A stretch of DNA of 64,000 nucleotides from Scyliorhinus canicula (Eukaryota): NCBI RefSeq assembly GCF_902713615.1, contig NC_052152.1:110286401-110350400 (forward strand). Reading direction: 5' to 3'. A program made the translations under genes and the position numbers. Below, piece by piece: positions 61,168 through 64,000 of the stretch. Position 1 is the stretch's first letter. Each line of letters opens with the position of its first letter. A model generated the notes under the pieces. That model did no database searches and was not told the origin of the DNA. It saw only the letters and a list, made by a program, of their open reading frames with translations.

Positions 61168-61453
61168 ACAAGGAAGTTGAGCAGAGTATTAAGTTGAAAG
61201 TAAAAGCATATAAGGAGGCAAAAGTCATTGAGAGCCCCAAAGATTGAGATAAATTCAGAATCCAGCCAAGGATGGCTAAAAAGATAATAAAGAGTGAGAA
61301 AATAAACTACAAAGGTAAACCAGCGAGAAATATAAAAAATGACAAGGGATTCTTTGAATATATAAAAAGGCTGCTCAGAAAATGAATCTGGGGAGATAGT
61401 TTTGGGGAACAAGGAAATGACAGGGGAGTTAAACAGATATTTTGTATCAGTCT

Positions 61454-62088
61454 TATCATGTGCGAGTGCCTTTAAGAAATGGGTGTTCATAAATGGGTAT
61501 GTATATAAATATCTGTAGTGAGAGTACCTTTAAGAAATGGGTGTTTATTACTGCAGTGATGTCAGAGTGTGGGTGGAGTTGGGCTGTTGTCAGCTTCTTA
61601 CTTTCATTTCAGGCTGTTTGCTACAGGATGTGTTTTAGTTTTGTTTTCAGAGCTGAATATCTGCAGTCACAGCCAGAAGGTGTATGAGTTTCTGTCTGTA
61701 ATCTAAAGATTGTAATCTAAAGATTGTAAATCAACCCTGGTGATTTAAAACTAATAACAGTATTGACTTTCACCTGATGTGCTTCTGGTAAAATGTGTTT
61801 TAAGTCTTATGGATGTTAAAAGGAAAGCTTAAAGGATTACTTGGTGTTGTAGTCTTTGGGGGTTATATTTGAATTGATGGTTGCTAAGATGTTCACTGTA
61901 TGTTTTAAAAAGGTTCATTTGAATTCATAGAATGAACATTGTTTTGCTTTAAAAAGTACTTTTCCATTTCTGCTGTACCACTCCTGTACAGTGGGCCGTA
62001 TGCTCCCCATACCACAATCTATTAAAAGTTGTGGGTCAGGTGAACTCCATGGTATACTTCGGGGTTCTCTAAACCCTGACCCATAACA
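61454..62088 (+). mobile_element. Solo LTR
   Basis: T(A)TCATGTG...CCCATAACA; near-TSD GTCT/GACT; interrupts the CR1 sequence FVSV|FTVED. Confidence 0.7.
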
Positions 62089-62406
62089 GACTTTACAGTG
62101 GAAGATACTTCAAACATCTCATCAACACTAAAGAATATGAGGGAGCAATTAAATACCATCACCATCACGAGAGATGTAATATTCTATAAACTAATGGGGC
62201 TAAAGGCAGATAGGTACACTGGCTCCGATGGCTTGCACCCTGGGATTCTAAAAGAAATAGTTACGGAGATAGTGGATGCATTGGTTATATTTTTCAAAAA
62301 ACCCTTGGATTCTGGAGAAGTACCGGAGAATTGGAAAAAATGCCAATGCGACACCCCTATTCAAAAAGGAAGGGTGGCAAAAAAGCGGGTTGCTATAGAC
62401 CGATTA

Positions 62407-62573
62407 AGGTAAAGATAGATAGTTTTTTGAAGAATAAAGGGATTAAGGGTTATGGTGTTCGGGCCGGAAAGTGGAGCTGAGTCCACAAAAGATCAGCCAT
62501 GATCTCATTGAATGGCGGAGCAGGCTCGAGGGGCCAGATGGCCTACTCCTGCTCCTAGTTCTTATGTTCTTAT
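62407..62573 (+). mobile_element. Short 3' copy of the young CR1 family
   Basis: Near-identical to the reverse complement of about 32150-32318; TSD GATTA. Confidence 0.9.
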
Positions 62574-62991
62574 GATTAGCCTATTGTTAGAAAAATGTTG
62601 GAACAATTACTAAGGAAGTAATATCAGCACATTTGGAAAATCATAATCTGATCAAAGAGAGTCAGCATGGTTTCATGAAAGGGAAATCATGTCTGACTAA
62701 TTTATTCGCGTTTTTTGAGGAAGTCTCAACCAGAGTGGATAGAGGAGAACCTGTAGATATGATGTATTTGGACTTCCAGAAGGCATTCAACAAGGCACCT
62801 CACAAATGGTTAAGTCATATGTTAAGAGCCCATGGTGTTGGAGGTATTGGCATGGATAGAGAATTGGCGAATGGGCAGGAAACAGCAAGTTTGGGTACGA
62901 GGTTATTTTTCAGGTTGGTGACGTGTAACCAGTGGGATTCCACAGGGCTCAATGCTGGGACCGCAACTATTTACAATTCACATTAATGATG

Positions 62992-63213
62992 GTGGCATGG
63001 TGGCACAGTGGTTCACACTGCAACCTCATGCCGCCAAGGACCCGGGTTCGATACTGGCCCTGGATCACTGTCCGTGGGGAGTTTGCAAATTCTCCCTGTG
63101 TCTGCATGGGTCTCACCCCCACAACCCAAAGATGTGCCAGTAGGTGAATTGGCCACGCTAAATTGCCCCTTAATTGGAAAGAAAAAGAGTTGGGCACTCT
63201 AACTTTAAAAAAA
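62992..63213 (+). mobile_element. V-SINE
   Basis: Same family as 3531-3757. Confidence 0.8.
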
Positions 63214-64000
63214 GACATTATATTAATGACTTGGAGGAAGGAAGTGAATGTATTGTAGCCAAATTTGCAGGTGACGCAAAAATAGGTGGAAAGGCAAGTT
63301 GCAGGAGGGATACAGATAGCAAACTAAGTGAGCAAAAAGTTGGCAAATGGAGCATAATGTGGGAAAACGTGAAGTTGTTCATTTTGGAAGTGAGAACTAA
63401 AGAATAGTATTTAAATGGAGAAAAGCTGCAACACAAAGGCACTTGGGGATACTTTTGCACGAAACACAGAAAGCTAGCACATGGGTGCAGCAGGTAATCA
63501 GGAAGGCTAATGGAATGTTGGCTCTTATTTCAAGAGGGTTGGAGTATAAGTATCAGGAGGTCATTGCTGCAACTGTACACGGTATTGGTGAGACCACATC
63601 TGGAGTACCGAGAGCAGTTTTGGTCCCCTTTATTTCAGGAAAATGTTTCATTGCAGGCAGTTCAGAGAAGGTTCACTAGGATGATCCCCATTATGGAGGG
63701 CTTGTCTTGTGAGCAAAGGTTATACAGGTTGGGACTCTACTCATTGTAATTTAGAAGAATTGAGAGGTGATCTCATTGAATCCTGTAGTATTATTAAGGG
63801 GCTTGACGGCAAATGCTGAGAGGATGATTCATTTCATAGGAGAGTCTTGGACCAGAGGGCATAGTCTCAGAATAAAGGTTTTTTTTGTTTACACTTGGAG
63901 TGCTGCTTTGGACTGCAGTAGAGTGCTTAAGTTGTTATTTGGTGACTGCGGGGGTTTGGCGCTCTTTTCCACCTTTCCTCAAAAGGCGAGATGTGGCCTT

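Larger units (their letters stand above)
60330..63878 (+). mobile_element. Old CR1 ORF2, degenerate, with nested insertions
   Basis: VYRPP, GSDGLHPGILKE, QHGFMKGKSCLTNL, YLDFQKAF and VRPHLEY. Confidence 0.85.

Noticed and set aside
8900-64000. Exons of expected neighbours (ESD, LRCH, PSMD1)
   Set aside because: None recognised by eye; short exons could have been missed.

Overview
Eukaryotic (vertebrate) genomic DNA. The repeat families (V-SINE/HE1-like and Deu-type SINEs, CR1, L1, Rex1/Babar, Penelope, Harbinger, Gypsy) point to a cartilaginous fish, probably a shark; this is inference. The only host coding sequence I can support is the terminal coding exon of a 5-HT2-family serotonin receptor (4682-5538, +; closest to HTR2A, with some HTR2B-like features), followed by a probable long 3' UTR. 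The rest is mostly nested, decayed transposable elements: three L1s, several CR1s (one nearly intact), three Gypsy proviruses (one nested in another), solo LTRs, Harbinger MITEs, a Myb-only Harbinger, Penelope remnants carrying minimal hammerhead ribozymes, and a 2.7-kb GA-rich satellite. The most interesting signal is the nested Gypsy element (40519-45195). It has no tRNA primer-binding site; instead a 16-nt sequence perfectly complements its own LTR across the AATAAA, which suggests self-priming. All coordinates and difference counts were made by eye.
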